Under the pieces are notes generated by a model, which saw nothing but the letters and a program-made list of their open reading frames with translations, had not been told where the DNA came from and made no database searches. DNA of 64,000 bases from Anaeromyxobacter sp. (lineage in GTDB: Bacteria; Myxococcota; Myxococcia; Myxococcales; Anaeromyxobacteraceae): the NCBI GenBank assembly GCA_049840735.1, contig JASGJN010000014.1, positions 160,001 to 224,000 on the forward strand, in the 5' to 3' direction. The position numbers and the translations under genes are program-made. Below, piece by piece: positions 23,076-35,238 of the stretch (position 1 is the stretch's first letter; the number at the start of each line of letters is the position of its first letter).

Positions 23076-25295
23076 TTGCTCGAGACCGCCCGCTCGCTCG
23101 CCCGCCGCCGCGCCGTCCGGGTCGCCGCCGCGGCGCTGGTCGTGGCGGGGCTGGCGGCGGGCGGGCTGCCCTTGCTGGAGGTCCCCGGCTTCGAGCTGGC
23201 CGAGCTGGGCGCGCTGCTGTCGGCCCTGGTGCTCTCGCCCTGGCTCGGCCTGGCCGCGGCGCGGCTGGAGCTGGCGCGCCCCGCGCCGGCGCGCCCTTCG
23301 CCCTGGGCCGCCTGGGGGGCCGCCGCCGCGGTCAGCGCGGCGCTGCTGCTGGCGCTGCTGGCCGGGGCCGCGGCGCGCGCGATGGGGGGCCCCTGCGATC
23401 CGTTCCTCTCCGTCGGCTTCTTCCCGGCGCTGGCCCTCCCCTCCGCGCTGCTCGGCACCGCGCTGGCGGTGGCGCTGGGCTTCGCGGCCCGGGGCCGGAC
23501 CGGGCGCGCCGCGGCCGGCTACGCGCTGGTGGTGCTGCTCGCGCTGGCGGGGCGCGCGGCCGAGGCGTGGTGGGGGCCGGCCGCCTCGGCGCTGGATCCG
23601 CTGCTGGGCTACTGGCCCGGGCCGCTCTACGACGAGGGCGTGCCGCTCGACGCGCCGCTCCTGGCGGCGCGCGCCGCGGCGGTGGGCTGGGCGCTGGCCT
23701 GGGCCGGGGCGGCCGCGGCGCTGCAGGGCGCCGGCGCGGCCCGGCGGCGCGCCGCGCTCCTGGCGCTCATGGGGCTCTGCGCCGGCGCGCTGCTGAGCCT
23801 CCCGGCGCGCGCGCTGCCGGGGCAGGACCGCCGCGCGGCCCTGGCGGCGGCGCTGGGCGGGCTGCGCGAGGGGCCGCGCTGCACCGTCCACTTCCCGGCC
23901 GAGAAGCCCGACGCCGCGGCCGACGCGCTGCTGGCCGAGTGCGAGTTCCACGTGGCCGACGTGGCGGCGCGGCTGGGGATCGCCTCGCCGCCGCGCGTGA
24001 CGGTCTGGGTCCACCGCAGCGCGGCCGAGAAGCGGACCTGGGTGGGCGCGTCGGACACCGACTACGCCAAGCCCTGGCTGCACGAGCTGCACCTCCGCGA
24101 CGCCCCGGTCCCCCACCCCGTGCTGCGCCACGAGGTGGTCCACGCGGTGGCGGCGGCGCTGCCGCCCGGCCCGCTGCACGTGCCGGCGCGCGCGCGGGTC
24201 TGGCCGGCCATGGTGCTGGTGGAGGGGCTGGCGGTGGCGCTGGAGACGCCGCGCGGCGCCTGGACGGTCCACGAGTGGTCGCGCACCGCGCGCGACCTGG
24301 GCTACCTGCCCGACCTGACCCGCGCGCTGGGGCCGACCGGCTTCTGGTCGGTGGCGCCGGCCCGCGCCTACACCGCGGCCGGCAGCTTCCTGGCCTGGGC
24401 GCTGCAGCGGTACGGGCCGGGGCCGGTGGCCGAGGCCTACCGGACCGGCGATTTGGCCGGCGCGCTGGGCCGCCCGCTGCCGGCGCTGGTGGCCGAGTGG
24501 CAGGCCTTCCTGGACGGCGTGCCGGCGCCGGAGGCGCTGCGGGCCACCGCCCGGGCGCGCCTCTCGCGCGCCAGCCTCTTCGAGCGCCGCTGCGTGCGCG
24601 AGGCGGCGGCGGTGGGCGCGGCGGCGGCGGCCGCCGCCGGGGCCGGGCGCACGGCCGAGGCCTGCGCGCTCTACGACCGCGAGGCGGCGCTGACCGGCTC
24701 GCCCTGGGCGGTGAAGGCCCGCGGCGACGTGCTGGCCAGGGCCGGCGACGCCGCCGGGGCGCGGGCCGCCTGGGCCGAGGCGCAGGCGCTGGCCGGGGAC
24801 GAGCCCTCCGCGAGCGGCGCGCTGGCCACCGCCGAGGGGGACCTGGCCTGGCGCGCCGGGGATCGCGAGGCGGCGGCGGCCGCCTGGCGCCGCGCGCAGG
24901 CCCAGGGCCCGGACCGGCCCGACGCCCGGGCGCTGGAGGCGCGGCTGGCGGCCGCCGCGGATCCGGCGCTGGAGCCGGCCGCCCGGGACTACCTGCTGGG
25001 CGGGGGCGAGCTGGCGCTGGCGCGGGTGGCGCGCCTGGACCGGCCGCTCCCGGCCTACCTGCTGGGCCGGGCGCTGGCCGCCCGCGGCGAGCGGGCCGCG
25101 GCCGCCGCCGAGCTGGCGCGCGCGGTGGCCGGCCCGCTCCCGCCCGCGCTGGCGGTGGAGGCGCGGCTCCTGCTGGCCGAGACCCGCTGCCCGGCGGAGG
25201 GGCCGGACCTGGCCGGCGCGGCATTCACCGCGGGTGACCGGGCCCGGCTGGACGCGGCCGCGCGCCGCTGCGCGTTCGAGGCGGCGGGGCGCTGA
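23076..25295 (+). CDS. Multi-pass membrane protein with a gluzincin-like (HEXXH...E) domain and a C-terminal TPR-like region; start uncertain
   Basis: About 6-7 hydrophobic helices, then LRHEVVHAVA...LVEGLAVA. Confidence 0.7.
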   Translation: MLETARSLARRRAVRVAAAALVVAGLAAGGLPLLEVPGFELAELGALLSALVLSPWLGLAAARLELARPAPARPSPWAAWGAAAAVSAALLLALLAGAAARAMGGPCDPFLSVGFFPALALPSALLGTALAVALGFAARGRTGRAAAGYALVVLLALAGRAAEAWWGPAASALDPLLGYWPGPLYDEGVPLDAPLLAARAAAVGWALAWAGAAAALQGAGAARRRAALLALMGLCAGALLSLPARALPGQDRRAALAAALGGLREGPRCTVHFPAEKPDAAADALLAECEFHVADVAARLGIASPPRVTVWVHRSAAEKRTWVGASDTDYAKPWLHELHLRDAPVPHPVLRHEVVHAVAAALPPGPLHVPARARVWPAMVLVEGLAVALETPRGAWTVHEWSRTARDLGYLPDLTRALGPTGFWSVAPARAYTAAGSFLAWALQRYGPGPVAEAYRTGDLAGALGRPLPALVAEWQAFLDGVPAPEALRATARARLSRASLFERRCVREAAAVGAAAAAAAGAGRTAEACALYDREAALTGSPWAVKARGDVLARAGDAAGARAAWAEAQALAGDEPSASGALATAEGDLAWRAGDREAAAAAWRRAQAQGPDRPDARALEARLAAAADPALEPAARDYLLGGGELALARVARLDRPLPAYLLGRALAARGERAAAAAELARAVAGPLPPALAVEARLLLAETRCPAEGPDLAGAAFTAGDRARLDAAARRCAFEAAGR

Positions 25296-25331
25296 GCGGC
25301 GGGGCGCGGCGGGGGTGCAGCCCCCGTGCGA

Positions 25332-25791
25332 TCACCCATGCCCGCGGATCCGGTCGATGGCCGCCTTGGGGTTGCGCACCCCGTTCCGCAGCAGCCACCA
25401 GGCCACCTTGGCCCCGCCGGCCGCCAGCACGCCCAGGTAGCCGTGCGTGATGAGCCGGCCGGTGGAGGCGCCGATCCGCACCCGCACCTTGTGGGCCGGA
25501 TCGCGGTCGCGGATGAGCTGGAAGAAGGCCACCCCGAACTCGCCCAGATCGTCCGACTCGAGGCTGGTGATGCGCCGGACCGCGCCGTCCGGGAGCTGCA
25601 GGGTGAAGTCGGGATCCGGGTCGGCGCCCTCCTCCAGGTGCGGACTCCCGGACGCCATCGTGAAGCGGGCCGGGCCCGCGTCCAGGGCCAGGTTCACCCG
25701 CGCCCCCTTGCCCAGCGGGCGGGTCGCCTTGCGGGCGGCGGGGGCGGTTCTCGAAGAAGCGCCTCAGGGCCTCGAAGCTCTCGCTCGGCAT
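25332..25791 (-). CDS. Hypothetical protein, possibly SCP2-like; apparent frameshift near 25748
   Basis: MPSESFEALRRFFE joins TAPAARKATRPL...PDFTLQL if GAGAACC is read as GAGACC. Confidence 0.55.
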
Positions 25792-25902
25792 CCAGGGCCA
25801 AATGTAGTCCAGCCGCCGTCCCGCGTGAGCCCCCGAGGGAGGCGGCGCCGCCGCCGGCGCGAATCCGTTGACCGTGGGGGGCGTCCGGGCCACAGTCCGC
25901 GG

Positions 25903-26373
25903 ATGAACCTCCGCCTCGCCCCGCTCGCGCTCCTCCTGGCCCTGGCCGCCTGCACCCCGCGGAACATCCCCGGGACCGAGATCCCCGAGAGCCCGGACAC
26001 GGTGGCCATCGCCCAGCTGCTGGCCGCGTACCGGACCGCGCTGGAGAAGCTGGACGCCCCGGGCGTGCTGGCCCTGGCCGCGCCGGACTACTACGACATC
26101 GCCGGCACCCCGGACCCGAGCGACGACGTGGACTACACCCGGCTGCAGCAGCGGCTCCCGGCCGACCTGGCCGCCATCGACTCGATGCAGCTCGACTTCA
26201 CGCTGCGGAAGATCGACGTCCAGGGCGATCGCGCCACCGCCGAGGTCTACTTCGAGAGCAACTACCGGGTGAAGACGCCCAGCGGCGCCACCGTCCCGCA
26301 CCGCGACGCCGACATGCACCGGCTGGCGCTGCGCCGGGTGGAGAACGCCTGGCGGATCACCTCGGGGCTGTGA
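25903..26373 (+). CDS. NTF2/SnoaL-like lipoprotein
   Basis: Lipobox LALAAC; IDVQGDRATAEV...LRRVENAWRI. Confidence 0.7.
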   Translation: MNLRLAPLALLLALAACTPRNIPGTEIPESPDTVAIAQLLAAYRTALEKLDAPGVLALAAPDYYDIAGTPDPSDDVDYTRLQQRLPADLAAIDSMQLDFTLRKIDVQGDRATAEVYFESNYRVKTPSGATVPHRDADMHRLALRRVENAWRITSGL

Positions 26374-26383
26374 GGGCGGGGGC

Positions 26384-27352
26384 TCAGACCCCCACCAGCG
26401 CCCGGTACCCGCCCTCGCCCATGGCCCGCAGGGCCAGCAGCCGGTCGCGGTAGCGCTTCCAGTCCTTCCACGCCAGCCGGTCCGCGCCCAGCCCGGCGCG
26501 GTGGAAGGCGTGGATGCGCGAGGCGGTGAAGCGCAGCGCGGCGTAGCGCGCCCAGGGGTAGAGCGCGTCCGCCGTCTCCGGCTCGATCCGGTGGCGCGAG
26601 CGGTAGCCGCCCACCAGCGCCGCCACCCGCTGCGGCTCGTAGCGGTCGGAGTAGCACCAGGCGTTGATGGTGACGCCCAGGTCGTAGGCGAACGGGTCGA
26701 CGCAGCTCATCTCCCAGTCCAGCACCGCGCCCACGCGGTCGCCGATCCAGAGCACGTTGTCGACGAACAGGTCGCCGTGCACCAGGCCGCGCGGCGCGCC
26801 GGGCAGCCGGGGCGCAAGGGACAGCTCGTCCTCCAGCACCGGGAGGGCCGCCGCCACCTCGGGGTCGCCGTCGCCGTCCGGCCGCAGCGCCGCCACCCAG
26901 CGCTCCACGCGCGCCGGGCCGTAGGGGTTGGGGCGCTCGGCCGAGAAGCCGGAGGCCAGCTCGTGCATCCGGCCCAGCTGCTCGCCCACGCGCCGGCAGC
27001 GCTCCGGCCCCACGTCGGCGGCGGGCAGCTCCTCGCCGGGCGCGTAGGCGAAGAGCGACGCCGGCTTGCCGCGCACCATCACGAAGGGCCGGCCGTCCTC
27101 GGCGTCGCGCAGCGCCGGCACCGGGTACATGGCCGCGTGCAGGTAGCGCTGCACCTCGGCCTCGAAGCGGACGTCGGCCTCGTCCTTGCCCTCGTTGAGC
27201 CGCAGGAACCAGCGCTGGGCGCCGGTCCACACGTGGTAGTTGGTGTTGACGCTCCCCTTCGGCTCGGGGCGCACCTCGGTGGGCGCGGGCAGCCCGAACC
27301 GGCGCAGGGCGTCGGCGATCTCGTCGGCGGACAGGTCGGTGTACAGGGCCAT
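26384..27352 (-). CDS. thrB: Homoserine kinase, type II (APH fold)
   Basis: MALYTDLS, GSVNTNY, PRGLVHGDLFVDNVL, VLDWE, AALRF. Confidence 0.85.
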   Translation of the reverse strand: MALYTDLSADEIADALRRFGLPAPTEVRPEPKGSVNTNYHVWTGAQRWFLRLNEGKDEADVRFEAEVQRYLHAAMYPVPALRDAEDGRPFVMVRGKPASLFAYAPGEELPAADVGPERCRRVGEQLGRMHELASGFSAERPNPYGPARVERWVAALRPDGDGDPEVAAALPVLEDELSLAPRLPGAPRGLVHGDLFVDNVLWIGDRVGAVLDWEMSCVDPFAYDLGVTINAWCYSDRYEPQRVAALVGGYRSRHRIEPETADALYPWARYAALRFTASRIHAFHRAGLGADRLAWKDWKRYRDRLLALRAMGEGGYRALVGV

Positions 27353-27356
27353 GGAA

Positions 27357-27396
27357 GGCTTCGACTCCGCGAGCCGGGGGCTCGCCACGCTCAGCC
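27357..27396 (+). repeat. REP-like element directly upstream of thrB
   Basis: GGCTTCGACTCCGCGAGCCGGGGGCTCGCCACGCTCAGCC. Confidence 0.8.
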
Positions 27397-27458
27397 GGCG
27401 CGCGCCGGGAGCCCAGAGGATACGCGGGAAGGTCGGCCCTCCAAAGCGGTTCCTGGCC

Positions 27459-27977
27459 TCAGGGCGCTTCGGCCGGCGCGTCCAGGGGCTCCGGCGCCGG
27501 CGGCCCCTGCAGCGCGTCGGCCAGCTCGATGGGCCGCCACTCCGCCGAGACCACCCGCCACTCCCCGTCCTCCAGCCGCAGGTCGCAGGAGAAGCGGTGG
27601 GCCGAGGCCTCGGACGGCACCAGCCGCGCAAGGCCGGTCCCGGCGGGCGCGCGGGAGAGCACGGCGTCCACGTTGGCCCGGGCGCGCTCCCCGTCCACCT
27701 GCACCTCCGCGCCGGCGATGGTCACCGAGACCCAGCCGGCGCGGAGCACCTCCAGCGTCACGATGCCGCGGGCCTGCTCGCGATCGAGACCGCGCTGCCC
27801 GCGGAAGCCGGCCGAGAGCAGCTCCACCACCCCGGCCGGCCGGCGCTCCTCCGCAGCGGTGGCCGCGGCCGCGAAGGCGGCCCGGATCCGCTCCTCCTCG
27901 CTCGGCGCAGGCGCGGTCAGCCGCCACAAGCCGTAGCACGCCCCCGCCAGCAACAGCCCTCCCAGGACCAGCTTCAT
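27459..27977 (-). CDS. Membrane-anchored NTF2-like hypothetical protein
   Basis: N-terminal TM helix; VQVDGERARA...LRLEDGEWRVVSAEW. Confidence 0.65.
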   Translation of the reverse strand: MKLVLGGLLLAGACYGLWRLTAPAPSEEERIRAAFAAAATAAEERRPAGVVELLSAGFRGQRGLDREQARGIVTLEVLRAGWVSVTIAGAEVQVDGERARANVDAVLSRAPAGTGLARLVPSEASAHRFSCDLRLEDGEWRVVSAEWRPIELADALQGPPAPEPLDAPAEAP

Positions 27978-28124
27978 TCCGCGCATCGCGCCTCCACTCC
28001 CCGCCGGGCGTGCGACCCGTCGCCCGGTGGCCTTCGGCTGGCCCGCGCTCCGGCCCGCCGGTTAGATTCCGGAGCGCGCCGTGCGCCGCCCCCAGCGGGG
28101 GAGAACGAAAGTAGACTGCAGGCC

Positions 28125-28949
28125 GTGAGCCGGGACAAGAAGGACCACATCGCGCTCTCCGACGAGCACAACTCGCGGGGGATCGAGCTGGCCGATCGCG
28201 GCTGGCTCGACGAGGCCATCAACGAGTTCCAGAAGGCCATCGAGCTGGATCCCGGCTCGGCGCACGCGCACGACAACCTCGCCACCGTCTTCTCCGAGAA
28301 GAAGCGCTACCGCGAGGCGCTGCGCGAGTACCTCACCGCGCTGCAGCTGGAGCCCGACAGCGCCACCGCCCACTACAACCTGGCCTGCTTCCTCGCCAGC
28401 CACGGGGCGGACATGGCGGCCGCCGAGTACCGCGACGCGCTGGCGCTCGAACCGGAGTACCCGGACGCCCACCTGAACCTGGGGCTGACGCTGGCGGATC
28501 AAGGCAAGGACGACGAGGCCCGGCGCGAGCTGGAGGCGGCCATCGCGCAGGAGCCCAAGGACCCGTTCCCGCGCCACGAGCTGGCCGCGCTGCAGATGGA
28601 CGAGGGCGACTACCGCAGCGCCATCGGCCAGCTCAAGGAGGTGGTCCGGCTCGAGCCGGCCAACTTCGAGGGCCACCTGGACCTGGGCATCTGCTACGCG
28701 CAGAAGGGCTTCTTCGCCGAGGCCGAGCGCGCCTACGCCCGCGCCGCCGAGCTGCAGCCGGAGGACCTGCTGCTCAACTACAACGTGGCGGCGCTCTACG
28801 CGCTCTGGGCGCGTCCGCCCGAGGCGCTGGCCGCGCTCCGCAAGGCGCTGGCCGCCGACGCCGCCAAGGTGCGCGGCTGGCTGCAGTCCGACCCGATGTT
28901 CGACGGGCTCAAGCAGCACGCCGAGTTCGAGGCCCTGCTGGGCGGGTAG
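28125..28949 (+). CDS. TPR repeat protein
   Basis: Canonical TPRs ([26 protein letters not shown]). Confidence 0.85.
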   Translation: MSRDKKDHIALSDEHNSRGIELADRGWLDEAINEFQKAIELDPGSAHAHDNLATVFSEKKRYREALREYLTALQLEPDSATAHYNLACFLASHGADMAAAEYRDALALEPEYPDAHLNLGLTLADQGKDDEARRELEAAIAQEPKDPFPRHELAALQMDEGDYRSAIGQLKEVVRLEPANFEGHLDLGICYAQKGFFAEAERAYARAAELQPEDLLLNYNVAALYALWARPPEALAALRKALAADAAKVRGWLQSDPMFDGLKQHAEFEALLGG

Positions 28950-29103
28950 CGCTCCCGCGCTCCATCCCGGCCTCCCTCGCCCACGACGCACGCCGTCACG
29001 ACGCCGCGTCACAGCCCTTGCGGAGCGTGCGGTCACCCCGGGAGTTCCACCCGCGGCGAGATGTGCGTTTCGCTGCGCCCGGCCGTTTCTGTAGCCTCGG
29101 CGC

Positions 29104-30768
<1,665 letters not shown>

Positions 30769-30795
30769 GCGGACCGGCGGGCCGGCCTCACGCTG

Positions 30796-30904
30796 CCCTT
30801 CGACTCCGCCGCGGCGGCGCCGCGGCTACGCTCAGGGCGAACGGTCCTTCCGCACCGTTCGGGCTGAGCGTAGCGAGCCCGCAGGGCTCGCGGAGTCGAA
30901 GCCC
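30796..30904. repeat. Inverted pair of REP-like elements (REPIN/BIME-like)
   Basis: + copy 30796-30844 and - copy 30855-30904, between convergent genes. Confidence 0.9.
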
Positions 30905-30966
30905 AGGACACCTGGGCGGCGTTGGGCCCCGGGGGCGTGGGGAAGGAAGTCCGCCTGCCGCACCGC

Positions 30967-31524
30967 TCAATGCAGCGTGAACTTCCCGTCCTCGCCGCGG
31001 CGGAGCTGCGTGAGCGGGTTGGTGTCCTCGGGCAGGTCGATGGCGTCCGGGCGGCTGCGGTAGTCGTGGGCCACGCGGTGGTCGCCGTCCAGGTGGCGGG
31101 AGATGGCGTCGTCGAGGTCCTCCTCGGAGGCCAGCACCGGCCGCACCCGCAGCCCCGTGGCGAAGGCCAGCTCGTCCAGCAGCGCCAGGTCGGCCGGGTC
31201 GGTCACCGCCACCACCACCGAGCCGCGCCGGTTCTCCAGCGCCTGCGCCAGCGGCAGCACCTTGCGGAGCCGCATCAGCTTCTGCGGCACGAGCCCGATC
31301 ACCTCGGAGGGCACCGCCGCCTCGCGGACGTTGGCCACCGGGACGCCCAGCTGCCGCCCCAGCGTGGAGAGGAACGCCGCCTCGTCCAGGAAGCCCAGGT
31401 GCACGATGGCGCGGCCGAGCCGGCCGCCCCAGCGGCGCTGGTGCGCCAGCGCGCTCTCCAGCTGCACCGGGTCCAGCACGCCTTCCTGCACCAACATCTC
31501 GCCGATCCGCTGACGCGCCATCAT
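30967..31524 (-). CDS. Stand-alone MshEN / T2SSE_N domain protein (putative c-di-GMP receptor)
   Basis: RIGEMLVQEGVLDPVQLESALAHQ...RLGRAIVHLGFL; no ATPase domain. Confidence 0.8.
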   Translation of the reverse strand: MMARQRIGEMLVQEGVLDPVQLESALAHQRRWGGRLGRAIVHLGFLDEAAFLSTLGRQLGVPVANVREAAVPSEVIGLVPQKLMRLRKVLPLAQALENRRGSVVVAVTDPADLALLDELAFATGLRVRPVLASEEDLDDAISRHLDGDHRVAHDYRSRPDAIDLPEDTNPLTQLRRGEDGKFTLH

Positions 31525-31551
31525 TCGTCCCCTCCCGCACCCGCGCTGCAG

Positions 31552-31567
31552 TGCGAAGGACGTGCCG
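31552..31567 (-). promoter_or_regulatory. sigma54 -24/-12 promoter
   Basis: Minus strand CGGCACGTCCTTCGCA (GG-N10-GC) upstream of the MshEN gene. Confidence 0.6.
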
Positions 31568-31833
31568 ACCGGGCACCCGCGCGCACATGTGCGGTGAGGG
31601 CGCCCAAGCAGCGATATTGACTGGATGTGGTCGGGAGTGCGAGCGCCGGCAACAGAACTTGACAGGGTGGGTTTTCGGCACGCCGCTGTGGCCGGTTACC
31701 CACCCTCTGCGACCCGGGATCTGTCCCTGCGCCAGGGGACGCGCGACGCTCGGTCCGGTCCGTGGGGGCGCTGAAGCGAGCCGGGGGCGCCAGCCGGCGC
31801 CCCCGCTCGAGACCCTGGGGTGTGCCCCCCGGC

Positions 31834-32707
31834 CTACTTCTTCTTCGACGGCTGCGGCTTGCGGACCTTGATGCCCAGCTCGGCCAGCTTGGTCCTGGCC
31901 TGGCCCGCCGCCTTGCTCTTGGGGAACTTCTGGATGAGCTCCTGGTAGACCTCGGGCGCGTCGGCCTTGAGGTCGTCCTGCTCCAGCATGGCGTTGCCCA
32001 TGCCCAGCATCGCGTCCGGCGCCAGGTCGGACTTGATGGCGTTCTTGTAGATGAAGCCGTAGGCGATGAAGGCCTCGCGCCAGCGCTTCTGCGTGTAGGC
32101 CAGGTCGCCGGCGTGCTTGGCCGCGTCCGCCGCCTGCGGATCGGTGGGGAAGCGGACCACGTACTCGCTGTAGATTCTCGCGGGCCACGCCCAGGTTGCC
32201 GGCCGACTCCTCCTGCCGGGCCAGGGCCAGGAAGCCCGGGCGATCGTCCGGCCTGGCCAGCCCCTGGATCTTCTGCTTGGCCTCCGCCTCGTCCAGCGCG
32301 CCGCGCCCCTTGAGCGCGATGAAGCGGCGCTCGGTGCGGGCGTCGAGGTCGGCCAGCTGATCCTGGACCTGCTTGAGGTTGTGCTGCTCCGCCTCCAGGT
32401 CACCCTTGGCGCGGGCCAGGTCGTCGGTGAGCCGCTGGACCTGCACGCCCAGGTCGGCGCCGCTGCGGCGCGAGACCGAGTTGAGCTCGTCCAGCTTGGC
32501 CTGCACCTCGACGATCTTGCGGTCGACCTTCTCGACCCGATCGCGGACCAGGCGCTCCTGCTCCTGGAGCCGGCGCGCCTGATCCGAGGCGTCCGCCTCG
32601 AGCTTGTCGAGGCGGGATTCCATCACCTGCCCCTGCTCCAGCGGCACCCAGCAGGCGCTGGGTGCCAGGAGCAGGAACAGGAGGACTCGAGACGCGTGAC
32701 GGAGCAT
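31834..32707 (-). CDS. cpoB: CpoB/YbgF-like lipoprotein (coiled coil plus TPR); apparent frameshift at 32173-32177
   Basis: Lipobox APSAC, coiled coil, APDAMLGMG...YQELIQKFPKSKAA; follows an OmpA/Pal gene. Confidence 0.75.
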
Positions 32708-33429
32708 CAGCGCTCGATCTTGAACTCGACGCGGCGGTTCCGGGCCCAGCAGGCCTCCGTCGCCTCGGTGCAGACCGGGTTCTCCTCGCCGTAGCTGACG
32801 GTGTCGACCGTCCCGGCGGCGCCCAGGTCGGCCAGGTACTTCTTGGCGGACTCGGCGCGGCGGCTGCCCAGCGCGATGTTGTACTGCGCGGTGCCGCGCT
32901 CGTCGGCGTAGCCGGCGCAGACCACGCGCTTGGCCGGGGCGGCCTTGAGGCACTGCGAGAGCTTCTGCAGCGAGCCCTGGGCGTCGGAGGTCAGGGTGGA
33001 CTGGTCGAAGCCGAAGACGACCGTGAAGGCCGCGGCGTCGGCGCAGTCGGCCGAGACGCTCGCCTTGCAGGCGCCGTTGACGCACTCGCCGTCGCCGCAG
33101 TCGGCGTTCTTGCGGCAGGTGCCCTCGGGCAGCGCGGCGCAGGCGCCGTTCACGCAGCCCTGGCCGGCGGGGCAGGTGGCGTCGTCGCAGGTGGCCTTGG
33201 CCGGGGCGGCCGGCGGCACGCACTTGTTGGACTCGCAGGCGAACCCGGCCTTGCAGTCGGAGTTCGTGGAGCACTCCTGGCAGCGCCCCTCGACGCAGAC
33301 CTTGCCGTAGCCGGCCTGCTCGGCGCAGTCGGCGGAGGACTTGCACTCGCCGTTGGCGGGCTTCTTGGGACAGCCGGTCAGGGCGAGGGCGCCGACGACG
33401 CAGAGTGCGAGAAGATGAACGCGATGCAT
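32707..33429 (-). CDS. OmpA/Pal-domain lipoprotein with Cys-rich repeats
   Basis: Lipobox LTGC, four 4-Cys repeats, FGFDQS...GYADERGTAQYNIALGSRRA...SYGEE...NRRVEF. Confidence 0.85.
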   Translation of the reverse strand: MHRVHLLALCVVGALALTGCPKKPANGECKSSADCAEQAGYGKVCVEGRCQECSTNSDCKAGFACESNKCVPPAAPAKATCDDATCPAGQGCVNGACAALPEGTCRKNADCGDGECVNGACKASVSADCADAAAFTVVFGFDQSTLTSDAQGSLQKLSQCLKAAPAKRVVCAGYADERGTAQYNIALGSRRAESAKKYLADLGAAGTVDTVSYGEENPVCTEATEACWARNRRVEFKIER

Positions 33430-33552
33430 GTTGCCTCCGAGGGCTCGGGTGTGAGCGTTCCGGTCAGTTGAGAGAGCCCCTTATTTCCCCCTACCCGCGT
33501 CGAAGTCAAAGCTTTTCGGTCTGCCGGGACCAACCGGGTTAGCATTTGCCGC

Positions 33553-34911
<1,359 letters not shown>

Positions 34912-35072
34912 CGCCCGCCTGCCCCCGCGTCCGTCCGCCCGCAGCGCGTGTCGCCCGTGACACGCTGCCGCGCCGCCGCCCCCCCGGCGCGCAGGCGCGC
35001 ACCGGGGTGGTCCCGCGCCGCATCAGCCGTTTCCAGCGCCGGCCCGTCCCGGGGGGCCCTGGTCCGGGGCGC

Positions 35073-35088
35073 TGGCACGCCAGGTGCT
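35073..35088 (+). promoter_or_regulatory. sigma54 -24/-12 promoter upstream of PBP1A
   Basis: TGGCACGCCAGGTGCT (GG-N10-GC). Confidence 0.6.
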
Positions 35089-35124
35089 CCTGTGGGGCAC
35101 ATGGCCCACCGCCCCAGCACCGCT

Positions 35125-35153
35125 TTGCCCGAAACCGGGACGGGCGCTATCGT
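35125..35153 (+). promoter_or_regulatory. sigma70-like promoter upstream of PBP1A
   Basis: TTGCCC-N17-TATCGT. Confidence 0.4.
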
Positions 35154-35238
35154 TCGGCCCCTCGCCTTGGCAACCTCCGCAGAAAGCCCCGCCCGCCCGG
35201 CTGCCTCACCGGCCGCGGCCAGCGGGCAGGAGCCGCGC

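Noticed and set aside
31764..31810. GC-rich hairpin weakly resembling the REP family
   Set aside because: Lacks the conserved TTCGACT arm; more likely a terminator-like hairpin downstream of cpoB
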